A DNA stretch of 64,000 nucleotides from an uncultured Candidatus Binatia bacterium (GTDB lineage: Bacteria; Desulfobacterota; Binatia; Bin18): assembly GCA_965214605.1 (NCBI GenBank), contig OZ243961.1:3296001-3360000 (forward strand), given 5' to 3'. How positions within the stretch are numbered: position 1 is the stretch's first letter; every line of letters starts with the position of its first letter. The position numbers and the translations under genes are program-made. A model generated the notes under the pieces. That model did no database searches. It was given only the letters and a program-made list of their open reading frames with translations, and was not told the origin of the DNA. This document shows, one piece after another, positions 49,520 through 59,439 of this stretch.

Positions 49520-50573
49520 AGGCGGCGGGCGGCGGGCGGAGTAGTTGATCGACTCCTGCCAGGACATCTTGGACGCCAATCGAACGCATACAGGCCTCTG
49601 TGTCACGCGGACAGCGCGGTCCGCCATGCCGACCACACGGGCGACAGAAGAGCTCTTTTTGCTCAACGACGACCGATTGAGGACTATACGGGCCGTATCC
49701 CAAGCTCGGTGTGGTTGCACAAAAAATCGCGACCACAGGTACGCCTCGAGCGACCGCGAGGTGCATCGGCGCACTATCATTGCTGACCACAACACGGGCC
49801 CGGTCGAGGAGTGCCATGAAGGTTTGCAGGTCCGTTTGTCCGGCTAGGTTCACCCCTCGTCCGTCGGCCCGGCTCTGAACGGCTCGGGTGAGGGCAAGAT
49901 CGTCAGGACCCCCACACATGAGCACCCTGCCATAGCTCCGCTCCAGGGCCTGGACTAAGCCGGCATAGCCCTCAATCGTCCACCGTTTGGTGAACCAGAC
50001 CGATCCTGGGCAGACAATAAAGAGCGGCTGTGCGGTGTCAAGCTGGTATCGTTCGAGGAGCGTCTGAGCCTTTTGTCGTGCGGCCTCGCTATACGTCACC
50101 CGTGGACGGGTCGCATACTGCTGGGGATCCAAGCCAAAGACGCGCAACAGACTTAAAATACGTTCAACCTCGTGTCCCTGTGCATCTCGAACCGCCGTCC
50201 GATGGTACAGAAACCAGCCCGGACTTTGCCGGAACCCCACCCGATAGGGGATACCCGCCAGGGCCAGTAAGAGGGCTGTGCGAAACGATTTATGGGGCGC
50301 AATGGCTAGGGTGAACCCCCTGTGTCCGAGCTGCCGGGCGGTACGGATCAGCCCGCTGAGTCCACGTCCTTGCGTTCGCTTGGCATCGACAACGACAGCG
50401 TCCACATCCGGATGCTGGGCTAACAGCGGCTCGGCCTGCGGCGTGGTCAGGACGCTCAACGACGTCGGCGCAAGGGTCTGACGCAGCGCGCTCAACAGCG
50501 GCGTGGTCAGCACCGTATCGCCCAGAAATCCGGTTTGGGCGACAAGCAAGCGGGGATGGGGAGGCAGCTGCAT
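49506..50573 (-). CDS. waaF: LPS heptosyltransferase II (GT9)
   Basis: 'QTGFLGD.VL', 'PHKSFR', 'HEVER', 'PGSVW.TKRW', 'SNDSAPMHLA'. Confidence 0.85.
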   Translation of the reverse strand: MQLPPHPRLLVAQTGFLGDTVLTTPLLSALRQTLAPTSLSVLTTPQAEPLLAQHPDVDAVVVDAKRTQGRGLSGLIRTARQLGHRGFTLAIAPHKSFRTALLLALAGIPYRVGFRQSPGWFLYHRTAVRDAQGHEVERILSLLRVFGLDPQQYATRPRVTYSEAARQKAQTLLERYQLDTAQPLFIVCPGSVWFTKRWTIEGYAGLVQALERSYGRVLMCGGPDDLALTRAVQSRADGRGVNLAGQTDLQTFMALLDRARVVVSNDSAPMHLAVARGVPVVAIFCATTPSLGYGPYSPQSVVVEQKELFCRPCGRHGGPRCPRDTEACMRSIGVQDVLAGVDQLLRPPPAAYAKP

Positions 50574-50597
50574 GAGGAGAGAGAGTGGAAAACTCGC

Positions 50598-51332
50598 TTA
50601 GCCGGCCACCTTACGAAAGCGCACGACCAGATTATCCTCCATCATCACGCGCGGGTGGATGAGCCAGGACTGGAGACGTTTGTTTTCGCGTTTTTGACGC
50701 GGATTCTTTTCCCGTAGTTGGAGGGTGTACCAGGTATAGGCCATAATCGGCAAGACAAACACGATCCACAGCCACCGCGAATAGCCCTTGACTTTACTGT
50801 GACCTAGCCGTTCGATTTCCAGGCCGTTTTGTTTGCTCAGATAATACAGGATAGGCAGATCAATCGGGTAGTTGTGAAAACGATGGGCGTCCTCGAGAGG
50901 CGTATCAAACGGAATAAAACGGCGCTTGGTCTTATGATAGCCGCTGAGAAAAAAATGCAGCCGCGAGTTGAGGCGCATAATGTTCGGGGTGGTTAGGATC
51001 AGGATGCCACCCGGCTTGAGGATCCGCGTCAGTTCTGTCAGGGCCAGGCGATGATTCTCCAGATGTTCGATCACCTCGACCAGCAAAAGAACATCAAAGC
51101 TAGCGTCGTCATACGGCAGGGGGTGACGCAAATCCACCCCATAATCAACCGGAATGTCATCCAGGCCGGGACCACTCGGCTCGAAGTTTGTCCCGCGCAA
51201 GACCAAACCGCGCGACCGCAGGGCCTGCAGGACCTCGCCCTCTTTACAGCTCACGTCCAGGAGCCGTTGACCCGGCGCTGACACATCAGCCAGCAGGTCG
51301 GTAACAGCTTTGATGAGGAACGGCGCGGCCAT
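50598..51332 (-). CDS. Class I SAM-dependent methyltransferase
   Basis: 'LLDVSCKEG', 'LPYDDASFD', 'EVIEHL', 'RILKPGG.L..TTPN'. Confidence 0.88.
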   Translation of the reverse strand: MAAPFLIKAVTDLLADVSAPGQRLLDVSCKEGEVLQALRSRGLVLRGTNFEPSGPGLDDIPVDYGVDLRHPLPYDDASFDVLLLVEVIEHLENHRLALTELTRILKPGGILILTTPNIMRLNSRLHFFLSGYHKTKRRFIPFDTPLEDAHRFHNYPIDLPILYYLSKQNGLEIERLGHSKVKGYSRWLWIVFVLPIMAYTWYTLQLREKNPRQKRENKRLQSWLIHPRVMMEDNLVVRFRKVAG

Positions 51333-51333
51333 A

Positions 51334-52443
51334 TCATTCCGTTTCGATTGAGTATTCTAGTTGGCGCTCAATCCTGGTGAGTAGACGGTCCGCGTCGCTG
51401 ACCTCCATACGGACCCGCAGCGCTACTAGCTTCCCGGTCGGAAAAGGAAACCGCTCGAGTTTGACCAGATCCTTTTCGGTTGTGACAATGAGGTCACGCC
51501 CCTGGCTAGCCGTTACAATAGTCCGCCAATCCGTCTGTGTATAGGTATGGTGATCAGGAAAGGACACCACTTCGCTCAGCTCGGCTTCGTAGCGCTGTAG
51601 GAGCGCATAGAAGGGCAGAGGATTGGCAATACCAGCTACGGCCAACACGTGTTGACGATACAGCAGGGTGAGCGGCAGCTCCTGCCAGCCGTCTTGGACC
51701 GACTGGACGAGACTCGTGGGTATGAGGTCACCGTGGAAGATGGGAGATTTGTCTTGATCCCGGTCTAGATCTCCTCCCTTGAGCTGCTCGCCCGGCCGTG
51801 TTTTGGTTGACACTATAATATCGGCCCGTCGGGCGGCCGATAGCGGCTCGCGCAAGGGACCTGCCGGCAGCAGCCATTCTTTGTCAAGTCCGTGGCGAGT
51901 CTGGCGACCGGCGATGAGCAGCAGGTCAATATCGCGTTTGAGTTTACGGTGCTGGAAGCCGTCGTCAAGAATAACAACATCGCTGGCAAAATTTTGACCG
52001 GCCAGTTGGGCGGCTTTCAGCCGGTTTTTTCCGGCAATGACGACCCCTGAGAAGGCCCGGGATAGCATCACCGCCTCATCTCCAACCTCAGCCACAGTTG
52101 CCCAGATTTCTCCTCCAGCACCAACCGCTGTCGTGTCTGACCGACTCCCCTTGTAGCCCTGGGTCACAATACCGATGCGGTAGTTGGTGCGGAGCTGGAG
52201 GGCTTGGGCTAGCCACAGCACAAAGGGGGTCTTCCCGCTGCCTCCAACCGTCAGGTTCCCGACACTGATCACTTTTGGAACGGCCTCTTTTATTGGCAGC
52301 AGCCGCCAGTTGTACAACACATTCCGGCTGCGGACGAGGGCTGAAAAGCCGAGAGCAAAAGGGGTCAGAGACAACCACACAAGGCGGCTCCAGAGCTGCC
52401 GACGTTGCCAAATCGTTTGGATCACACGTGCCACAACCGCCAT
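51334..52443 (-). CDS. lpxK: Tetraacyldisaccharide 4'-kinase
   Basis: 'SVGNLTVGGSGKTP', 'GDEA', 'LDDGFQH', 'LPAGPLRE', 'FPDHH', 'TEKD'. Confidence 0.97.
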   Translation of the reverse strand: MAVVARVIQTIWQRRQLWSRLVWLSLTPFALGFSALVRSRNVLYNWRLLPIKEAVPKVISVGNLTVGGSGKTPFVLWLAQALQLRTNYRIGIVTQGYKGSRSDTTAVGAGGEIWATVAEVGDEAVMLSRAFSGVVIAGKNRLKAAQLAGQNFASDVVILDDGFQHRKLKRDIDLLLIAGRQTRHGLDKEWLLPAGPLREPLSAARRADIIVSTKTRPGEQLKGGDLDRDQDKSPIFHGDLIPTSLVQSVQDGWQELPLTLLYRQHVLAVAGIANPLPFYALLQRYEAELSEVVSFPDHHTYTQTDWRTIVTASQGRDLIVTTEKDLVKLERFPFPTGKLVALRVRMEVSDADRLLTRIERQLEYSIETE

Positions 52444-52447
52444 CTCT

Positions 52448-53746
52448 TCACCCCAACCGGAGCCCGAATTTCTGCTCGTGTACAGCGCTCAGGGTTCGCT
52501 CGACCGCGCCACGTTCCTGCTGAATAGCCGCATACGCCCGCCTCCCGACCTCCCGACTTACTGTGAGATCCTGCAGCAGGGGCCGCGCGTGTTGGACAAG
52601 GCTGGCCGCATCCACCACCTCGATCCCTCCGCCGGTCCGTTTGAGCGCTGCTACAATCGAGGCAAAATTGCGAGTATACGGCCCAAACAAAACCGGCACC
52701 CGGGCCAGTGCCGGTTCAATGACACTGTGTCCTCCCGGCCCTTTTACCAGACTGCCGCCGACAAAGGCGGCCGTCGCAGCGGAGTAAAAAGAGGCGAGTT
52801 CGCCCAAGCTGTCGAGCAGGAAGACCCCGATAGAGGGACCGCTGGGCGAGACGGGCCGGCTTCGTTTTGCGTAGTCCAAGCCCGCTTTTTTCAGCAGACT
52901 CTCGACTTCAGCAAAACGTTGCGGATAACGCGGGGCGAGCAGGAGGAGCAGTGCCGGGATGGCGGTTCTCAGCTGACGATAGCCGTCGAGCACGATCTCC
53001 TCTTCTCCCCGGTGCGTGCTGGCCGCTATCAAGACCGGGCGGTGGGCTAGGCCGTGCTGCGTGAGAATGGCTTTCCCCTGATCGTCGGACTGAACATTGC
53101 CGTCAACTTTAAAATTGCCGGTCACCATAACACGTTCGCGCGGAACCCCGGCAGCGATCACGCGTTCAGCATCGGCCTGGGTTTGCATACAGCACAAGCT
53201 GAGCGCACCAAACACGGGTTCAAACACGGGCCGCACCAATCCGTAGCGGCGCGCCGCCCGAGCGGAAAAACGGCCGCTCACCAGGATGGTCGGGATACCC
53301 TGTTGGCTTAAAATGGACAGACAGTTGGGCCATATTTCGGTTTCTGTAAAAAAAAAGATACGGGGTTGGAGCTGCCTCACTGTCCGTCTGACACACACCG
53401 GATGGTCGAGCGGGAAGTAGATGACCGCATCGGCCTCTGGCAGTCTGCTGCTGGCCGCGCTATAGGCCGTCGGGGTTAAAACTGACAGGACCACGGTGGC
53501 GTCGGGAAACCGCGCTTTCAGCCCCCGCAGAAAGGGCCGGGTCGCCAGGATCTCACCCACCGATGGGGCGTGCAGCCATAGCACTGGTTGGGTCCCCAGG
53601 CTGCGGGTGACGGCGGACGGCAGATGACTCAGCCGTTGTGCCAGGCCCAAACGGTACCGCGGGCGGACCAGCAGAGCAAGGCCGATGAACGGTAGGGCTA
53701 GGAGGCTACCCAGGGTCAGCAGACAGGTATACACAAGCCGGCCCAT
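52448..53746 (-). CDS. waaA: Kdo transferase
   Basis: 'WLHAPSVGE', 'ETEIWPN', 'GNFK.D', 'ASTHRGEE', 'FVGGSL', 'GGH..IEP'. Confidence 0.96.
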   Translation of the reverse strand: MGRLVYTCLLTLGSLLALPFIGLALLVRPRYRLGLAQRLSHLPSAVTRSLGTQPVLWLHAPSVGEILATRPFLRGLKARFPDATVVLSVLTPTAYSAASSRLPEADAVIYFPLDHPVCVRRTVRQLQPRIFFFTETEIWPNCLSILSQQGIPTILVSGRFSARAARRYGLVRPVFEPVFGALSLCCMQTQADAERVIAAGVPRERVMVTGNFKVDGNVQSDDQGKAILTQHGLAHRPVLIAASTHRGEEEIVLDGYRQLRTAIPALLLLLAPRYPQRFAEVESLLKKAGLDYAKRSRPVSPSGPSIGVFLLDSLGELASFYSAATAAFVGGSLVKGPGGHSVIEPALARVPVLFGPYTRNFASIVAALKRTGGGIEVVDAASLVQHARPLLQDLTVSREVGRRAYAAIQQERGAVERTLSAVHEQKFGLRLG

Positions 53747-53760
53747 GTCGAGGCTTATCC

Positions 53761-54474
53761 TTATCCTGTAGAGTCCGGGGTGAAATAGGTGTCGGCCTGG
53801 GTCGTAATCTGACAGAGCTTGTGTTCTAACTCTTGGCGCTTCGTTTCCATCACCTCCGCCGACGCATCGGCCGGCACGCGTACCGGCCGTCCGACGATAT
53901 ACACAATCTTACTGAAGGGAAAGGGGATGAGCAGCCGATCCCAACTGCCGATCGTCGTTTTCCACGCCGCGCCATAGGTGACCGGATAGACCGGAGCTCC
54001 GGTTACGCGGGCTAACTGTACGACCCCGGATTTGGCCTGATAGCGCGGCCCGCGCGGGCCGTCGGGAACGATAATGAGGTCATAGCCCGCCTGATATGCC
54101 TCGATCATCCCTCTTAGCCCGGCGACCCCGCCATGAGTCGATGAGCCGCGCACGGACACGATCTTAAAGCGTCTGATGACCCGTGAGATAATTTCCCCAT
54201 CCCGGTGAGCGCTATTCATAATGCAGGCTTTCTGACCTCGGTACGGGAAGGGCATCAGGACCAGCCGATTATGCCAAAAGGCCAGGATGACTTGTCCGCC
54301 CTGTGTCCAGTGGGCAAACACCTCCTGCGTGCCCACATACTCGACGCGCAGCGTCTTGCTCAATCCCCACAAGGCACCGAGGGCGAGACCGGTCCAGCCC
54401 CGGATTTTGAGCTCTTCAGCTCTGGAAAAACGGGGCGTATTAATGAAGGGTGGGAGACTGAAATTGGAGGTCAT
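53761..54474 (-). CDS. DUF374 lysophospholipid acyltransferase family (LpxJ-like)
   Basis: 'AFWHNR', 'S.HRDGE', 'RGSS', 'PDGPRGP', 'SWDR..IP.PF'. Confidence 0.88.
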   Translation of the reverse strand: MTSNFSLPPFINTPRFSRAEELKIRGWTGLALGALWGLSKTLRVEYVGTQEVFAHWTQGGQVILAFWHNRLVLMPFPYRGQKACIMNSAHRDGEIISRVIRRFKIVSVRGSSTHGGVAGLRGMIEAYQAGYDLIIVPDGPRGPRYQAKSGVVQLARVTGAPVYPVTYGAAWKTTIGSWDRLLIPFPFSKIVYIVGRPVRVPADASAEVMETKRQELEHKLCQITTQADTYFTPDSTG

Positions 54475-56170
54475 ACAGCTTTCGATACTGGGCGTTATGG
54501 GCCAGCAGTTCTTCGTGACCGCCCTCTTCAACAATCCGTCCGTCTTGCATCACCACAATCCGATCGGCCCGCTGAATGGTCGATAAGCGGTGGGCAATGA
54601 CGAGAACCGTGCGGTTTGCCATTACCCGTTCAACGGCCGCCTGAACCAGCCGTTCCGATTCGTTATCGAGTGAAGAGGTGGCTTCGTCAAGGATAAGAAT
54701 TGGCGCGTTTTTGAGCAGGGCACGGGCAATCGCTAGCCGCTGCCGTTGGCCGCCGGACAGGCGGACGCCTAGCTCGCCAATAATGGTATCGTAGCCCTGG
54801 GGCAGGGCCGCGATGAAATCGTGGGCGTAGGCCGCCTTGGCCGCGGCTCCGATCTCTTCAAGCGGACGGGAGGGCCCGCCATAGGCAATATTATTGCGCA
54901 CGGTGTCGTTAAACAGAAAGGTAAACTGGGTGACAACGGCGATCTGGGCCCGCAGGGATTGGAGCGTAATATCGCGGATATCGCTGCCATCGATGCAGAT
55001 TCTGCCCCGCTCTACATCGTAAAACCGGGGGATTAGATCGGCCAGAGTACTCTTCCCACCTCCACTTGAGCCGACTAAAGCCACGACTTCGCCGGCGCGA
55101 ATATTGAGACAAATATCCTTGAGCACCCACTCCTGCCCATAACGGAAAGAGACATGCTCAAAGCGCAGCCCTTGAGCGACCGCTTGCAAACACCGCGCCT
55201 GCGGCCGGTCGGCTACTTCTTGCGGTTCGTCCAGGACCTCAAAGAGACGCTCTGCCGCAGCTAATCCGGTTTGGATGGCTGCATTGGTCCGAGTCAGATG
55301 TTTAAACGGTTCGTACAAGAGCAACATGGCGGTCAAAAACGCCACAAAAGCGCCCTGGGTCCGCTCCCCCTCAATGACGCTAGAGCCGCCGTACCACACC
55401 ACGGCGGCAATCCCGCAGGCCGCAACGAGCTCCACCATAGAGGGGACAAATGCCCGTAGTCGGCCGGCCCGCATGGCGTGGCGAAAGATCCGCCGGTTTT
55501 CCGTCGCAAAGCGTTTTTGCTCGTAGGCCTCCATACCAAACGCTTTGACCACCCGGTTGCCTTGAATAGCCTCCTGGAGCAGGGCCGAGAGGTAGCCGAG
55601 CGCCCCCTGGCCTTGGCGGCTAAAGCGGCGGACTTTCTTATACACCTGCATCAGCGGAAAGATGGTGATCGGAAAAACAATGAAGGCTACGACGGCTAGA
55701 AACCAGTCTTTGACAAACGCCACAATGACCAAGGCTAGCAGCGTGGTGCTATCTTTCATCATGGAGGCCGAAGTCTGGGTTAGCGCCTCACGGACCAGGG
55801 TCGTATCATTGGTGACCCGGGAAAGAATCGTGCCGGTCGGGTTGTTGTGAAAGTAGGAAACCGACAGATATTGGAGATGGCTGTTGAGACGGTTGCGCAG
55901 GTCTTCGACAATGCGCTGCCCCACATATTCCATCAGATAGGTATGACCAAAATTGACCAGCCCGCGGACAACAAACACTCCGATAATGATAAGCGGGAGG
56001 ATGCGGAGCGAGTCCAGGTTTTTCTCGGCAAAGATATTGTCGAAGACATGCTCAACTACAAACGGAAGCGCTCCGCTAGTCACACTAAAGACGAGCATAC
56101 AGCCGAGCGCGAGAAAAAACTGAGCCAGGTAGGGGCGCAAAAACGGCAGAAGGCGACGGTAGATTTTCAC
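54440..56170 (-). CDS. msbA: Lipid A export ABC transporter MsbA
   Basis: TM domain + Walker A 'GSSGGGKS', 'LSGGQRQR', 'DEATSSLD'; between lpxB and waaA/lpxK. Confidence 0.93.
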   Translation of the reverse strand: MKIYRRLLPFLRPYLAQFFLALGCMLVFSVTSGALPFVVEHVFDNIFAEKNLDSLRILPLIIIGVFVVRGLVNFGHTYLMEYVGQRIVEDLRNRLNSHLQYLSVSYFHNNPTGTILSRVTNDTTLVREALTQTSASMMKDSTTLLALVIVAFVKDWFLAVVAFIVFPITIFPLMQVYKKVRRFSRQGQGALGYLSALLQEAIQGNRVVKAFGMEAYEQKRFATENRRIFRHAMRAGRLRAFVPSMVELVAACGIAAVVWYGGSSVIEGERTQGAFVAFLTAMLLLYEPFKHLTRTNAAIQTGLAAAERLFEVLDEPQEVADRPQARCLQAVAQGLRFEHVSFRYGQEWVLKDICLNIRAGEVVALVGSSGGGKSTLADLIPRFYDVERGRICIDGSDIRDITLQSLRAQIAVVTQFTFLFNDTVRNNIAYGGPSRPLEEIGAAAKAAYAHDFIAALPQGYDTIIGELGVRLSGGQRQRLAIARALLKNAPILILDEATSSLDNESERLVQAAVERVMANRTVLVIAHRLSTIQRADRIVVMQDGRIVEEGGHEELLAHNAQYRKLYDLQFQSPTLH

Positions 56171-57381
56171 TGCTCGCGACCAGCTCTCGGCGTTGTGCTC
56201 TTCTCCAGCATGGTCAAAATCAGGGCGGCTGTCCGTTGCGTTGCGCCACCATCCCCTAACCGACGGCGAACTTCCTGCAAATCCCGTTGCACCACGCTAT
56301 ACGCTTGTGGGCTCCTGAGCAACTGCCGAACCTCGTGGGCAATCCGGTCTGGAGTTACCGCGCTCTGGAGCAGCTCCGGGACGATCCGCCGTTCGGCAAT
56401 CAGATTTGGCATGCCGATAAAGGGCACCCCGACAAGCAAACGGGCCAGCGCATAGGTCAGCGGTGCCATACGATACACGATGACCATTGGCCGTTCGAGC
56501 AGGGCGATCTCAAGGGTGGCGGTTCCCGCAGCGACGACTGTGAGGTCCGCCGCGTGGACAACATTATAGGTGTCGCCCTGCACCACCCGGACGTTTGTCC
56601 GCTCAAAAAAGTTTCCCGCCAGCTTCTTCTCGACCGCAGCCCGGTCCAGGCTTGGCGCCAGTGCCAGGATAGCCTGATAGGGAGCGCCGAGGTGTGTTGC
56701 CGCTCCGAGCAAGGGAGACAACAGATAGCGAAGTTCCTGAGTGCGGCTGCCCGGTAACAGGGCAATCGTCGGTCGGTTTGGATCGAGCTGATAGCGCCGC
56801 AGGGTCTCCTCCCGCGAACGGGTCGCTCGTACTCGGTCAACTAGCGGGTGACCAACAAACTCCACAGCACAGCCGTGGGCGGCGTAGAACTCCGGTTCAA
56901 AGGGGAACACAACGGCCAGCTGATCAACCCGTTTGGCAATAGTGTAGACTCGCCGTTTCCGCCATGCCCACACCTGGGGACTGATGTAGTAGAACACCGG
57001 CACTCCGGCCTGGTTGGCGATTTTCGCCAAGCGCAGGTTAAACTCCGGGAAATCAATCAGGATCAGCAGGTCGGGTGGCTCGGCGCGCAAAAGCCCACTG
57101 AGCTGATGATAGGCGCCAATCAGGTTGCTCACCTTATCACGAGCCTCAAACAGTCCCATGCCGGCAATTGCGGCACTGTCGACCAGGGTTTGCATCCCGG
57201 CTGCCCGCAGTGCTGGCCCACCAACACCGAAGATCTCAACGGACGGCGCTTGATCTTTGAGCATGTTGACCACGTCTGCGCCGTGCATATCGCCCGAGGT
57301 CTCGCCAGCGACAAGCAAAATACGCCATTTGGAGGGCTGAAGGCTGCAGGCCGAAGGCGCTGGGAGAGAAAGAGGGGGCAT
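56167..57381 (-). CDS. lpxB: Lipid A disaccharide synthase
   Basis: 'AGETSGD.HG', 'IDFPEFN', 'SPQVWAWR', 'FVGHPL', 'LPGSR', 'GTATLE'. Confidence 0.97.
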   Translation of the reverse strand: MPPLSLPAPSACSLQPSKWRILLVAGETSGDMHGADVVNMLKDQAPSVEIFGVGGPALRAAGMQTLVDSAAIAGMGLFEARDKVSNLIGAYHQLSGLLRAEPPDLLILIDFPEFNLRLAKIANQAGVPVFYYISPQVWAWRKRRVYTIAKRVDQLAVVFPFEPEFYAAHGCAVEFVGHPLVDRVRATRSREETLRRYQLDPNRPTIALLPGSRTQELRYLLSPLLGAATHLGAPYQAILALAPSLDRAAVEKKLAGNFFERTNVRVVQGDTYNVVHAADLTVVAAGTATLEIALLERPMVIVYRMAPLTYALARLLVGVPFIGMPNLIAERRIVPELLQSAVTPDRIAHEVRQLLRSPQAYSVVQRDLQEVRRRLGDGGATQRTAALILTMLEKSTTPRAGREQ

Positions 57382-58332
57382 CTAGGGGATCTCGAGGCTG
57401 GCAATGATCCGTTCGGCTAGTTCCAGGGCCTGTAGCCCCTCGCGGCCACTGACAATAGGAGGGTGCCGAGTGCGCACGGCGCGGAGAAAGTCACGGATTT
57501 CTTCTTCAAGCGCGTCTTCCCCACTGATCTCGCGCTCCTCAAAGTTCAGGTTTGGCAGGGAACTGGACTTAGCCCCGGGCTCACGCCGACAAATCTGTAT
57601 GCGGTGTTTGCCGTAATCAACGACAAGATAGGTGTCGGGCTGAAAAATACGCATCTTACGCTCACGTTTGAGGGCGACTCGGCTTGCCGTGATATTGGCA
57701 ATACAGCCCGAAGCAAAGCGCAGGCGGACATGGGCGATATCCGGCTCCTGGGTCAGGACCGGGACACCGAAGGCCTCGATTGAGCTGGGCTCTGAGCGGA
57801 CGACACTCAACACCACGTCTAGGTCGTGAATCATCAGATCTCGCACCACATCAACATCGGTTCCGCGCTCCACAAAAGGTGCGACACGTTGACATTCGAT
57901 AAAACGGGGGGTGGTCAAGAGCCCGCTCAACGAGCGCAGGGCTGGATTAAAGCGTTCAAGGTGACCGACCTGAAGAATACGCTCGGTTTGGGCGGCCAAC
58001 TCAACTAGCTCACGCCCTTCTGCACCAGTTGCGGTTAGCGGTTTTTCCACTAAGACATCAATACCATGCCTCAGAAAATCCCGCGCAATCACGTAGTGCA
58101 GCTGGGTGGGGACCGCAATACTCACACACTCAACCCGGCGAAGTAGGTCCCGATAATCACTGAAGGCCTTGGTCTGGTAGCGGCTGGCCAGTTCAGCCGC
58201 TTTGTGGTGGCGAACATCAACTAACCCGACGAGTGTGACGTCGGGCTGGGCCATATACTTCTGGACATGGAATTGCCCCAGATGGCCGACGCCGACGACA
58301 CCGACCCGCAGAGGTGCAGCACGGGTACTCAT
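57382..58332 (-). CDS. Gfo/Idh/MocA oxidoreductase, GnnA-like (UDP-GlcNAc 3-dehydrogenase)
   Basis: 'GVGHLG.FH', 'VEKP', 'VGHLERFNP', 'DLMIHDLD', 'ASRV'; abuts lpxB. Confidence 0.85.
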   Translation of the reverse strand: MSTRAAPLRVGVVGVGHLGQFHVQKYMAQPDVTLVGLVDVRHHKAAELASRYQTKAFSDYRDLLRRVECVSIAVPTQLHYVIARDFLRHGIDVLVEKPLTATGAEGRELVELAAQTERILQVGHLERFNPALRSLSGLLTTPRFIECQRVAPFVERGTDVDVVRDLMIHDLDVVLSVVRSEPSSIEAFGVPVLTQEPDIAHVRLRFASGCIANITASRVALKRERKMRIFQPDTYLVVDYGKHRIQICRREPGAKSSSLPNLNFEEREISGEDALEEEIRDFLRAVRTRHPPIVSGREGLQALELAERIIASLEIP

Positions 58333-58713
58333 GGATCGGATACGGCACGGTATGTGTGGCCTGGTCTGTTCATGGACATTGGGGCAAACGAACGCTACTC
58401 TCCGTACACTATGGCAGGTTTTGGTTTGGAATCCAATCTGGCCATACGACGGGCAGGGTGCGTGGGGGCACTGTTCTCAAGCGTGCAGCGTGCGAGGGGT
58501 GAGAATCAAGCCAAGGGGTCGTCTTAAGGTAAACAGCTTGAACCTGCCGGGCGAGAGGCCGCTATGCGGTGCATATAAAGTAAAGAACCGAAGAGCCGCC
58601 CTCCGAATAGCGTGTGGCTTGGTACTCGGTTGAGTGTACCAGAGACGACAGAGGAGGGGGCACGGAGGGCGTGTGGGGAGGGGGGAGTCTGGGGCGTGCA
58701 GGTGAGAGAGGGC

Positions 58714-58965
58714 ATGATAATGATTAAGGTTGCCTCCAAAGAGGAGACAGGCCTCCTCTCCTCATCAGTTGTCCGTTTCCGCGGCTGGCCGATTGGCCGC
58801 CTGGTATTCGGCCGGGAAGAGGGATGGCAGTTTGAGGCGGATGCGCTCATAGAGGGGCGGTTGCGCGATCGTGACTACGGTGAGGTCAAACTCAGGGCTG
58901 TCCTTGAGGCTTTGGCGGCGGCTGTTGCGCGTGAGGACGACTATTTTGACCGGCTGAGCGCTTGA
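58714..58965 (+). CDS. Small hypothetical protein (83 aa)
   Basis: GAGAGAGGG RBS, protein-like beta/alpha pattern; no family recognised. Confidence 0.45.
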   Translation: MIMIKVASKEETGLLSSSVVRFRGWPIGRLVFGREEGWQFEADALIEGRLRDRDYGEVKLRAVLEALAAAVAREDDYFDRLSA

Positions 58966-59439
58966 CAGTATACATCGCACCGTAGGGAGGGGAAGGTGGC
59001 GTGCGGGATTTTCCGGCGCTCTCGAACTGTTTGGCATGGCATCAGGAGAACTCTGCGTCATTCTAGAGAATGTCCAATCCGCGCCGCACTTCCTGGTCTT
59101 GCTTCGGGCTCTCGTCTATCGCCAATGCCCTCTAGGTCTCAATGGGGCGGAGGGGTTGCTCTCTCCATCCTGAAGCCCACAGCAGGACGTGAAGCCTTGA
59201 ATGCTGCTTCGAAATCAACACCCGTACCACACTATCGCTGCTGCGGACCGTCTGATTGCGCCAATCGCCGCTGACCATGCCGAATCTTTCGCCAACGGGT
59301 GGTTTTCGCCGCGATACGGGAGTTCGCACTTTGCGGTCCGTTGGAGGACCCTCCCCCCGACCTGAGGTGCCCGCTTGCCCTAGAGCTGAAAACCGTCTAT
59401 GGATGCGTACCTGAATCCTGAGCTGAGCCGAGGAGTCGT

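Noticed and set aside
53348-53356. A9 homopolymer in waaA as a phase-variation tract
   Set aside because: In frame, encodes a Phe run before the conserved ETEIWP motif of a normally essential gene
58966-59439. Riboswitch, ncRNA or IS remnant in the long intergenic region
   Set aside because: No recognisable motif, strong stem, terminal repeat or transposase-like translation
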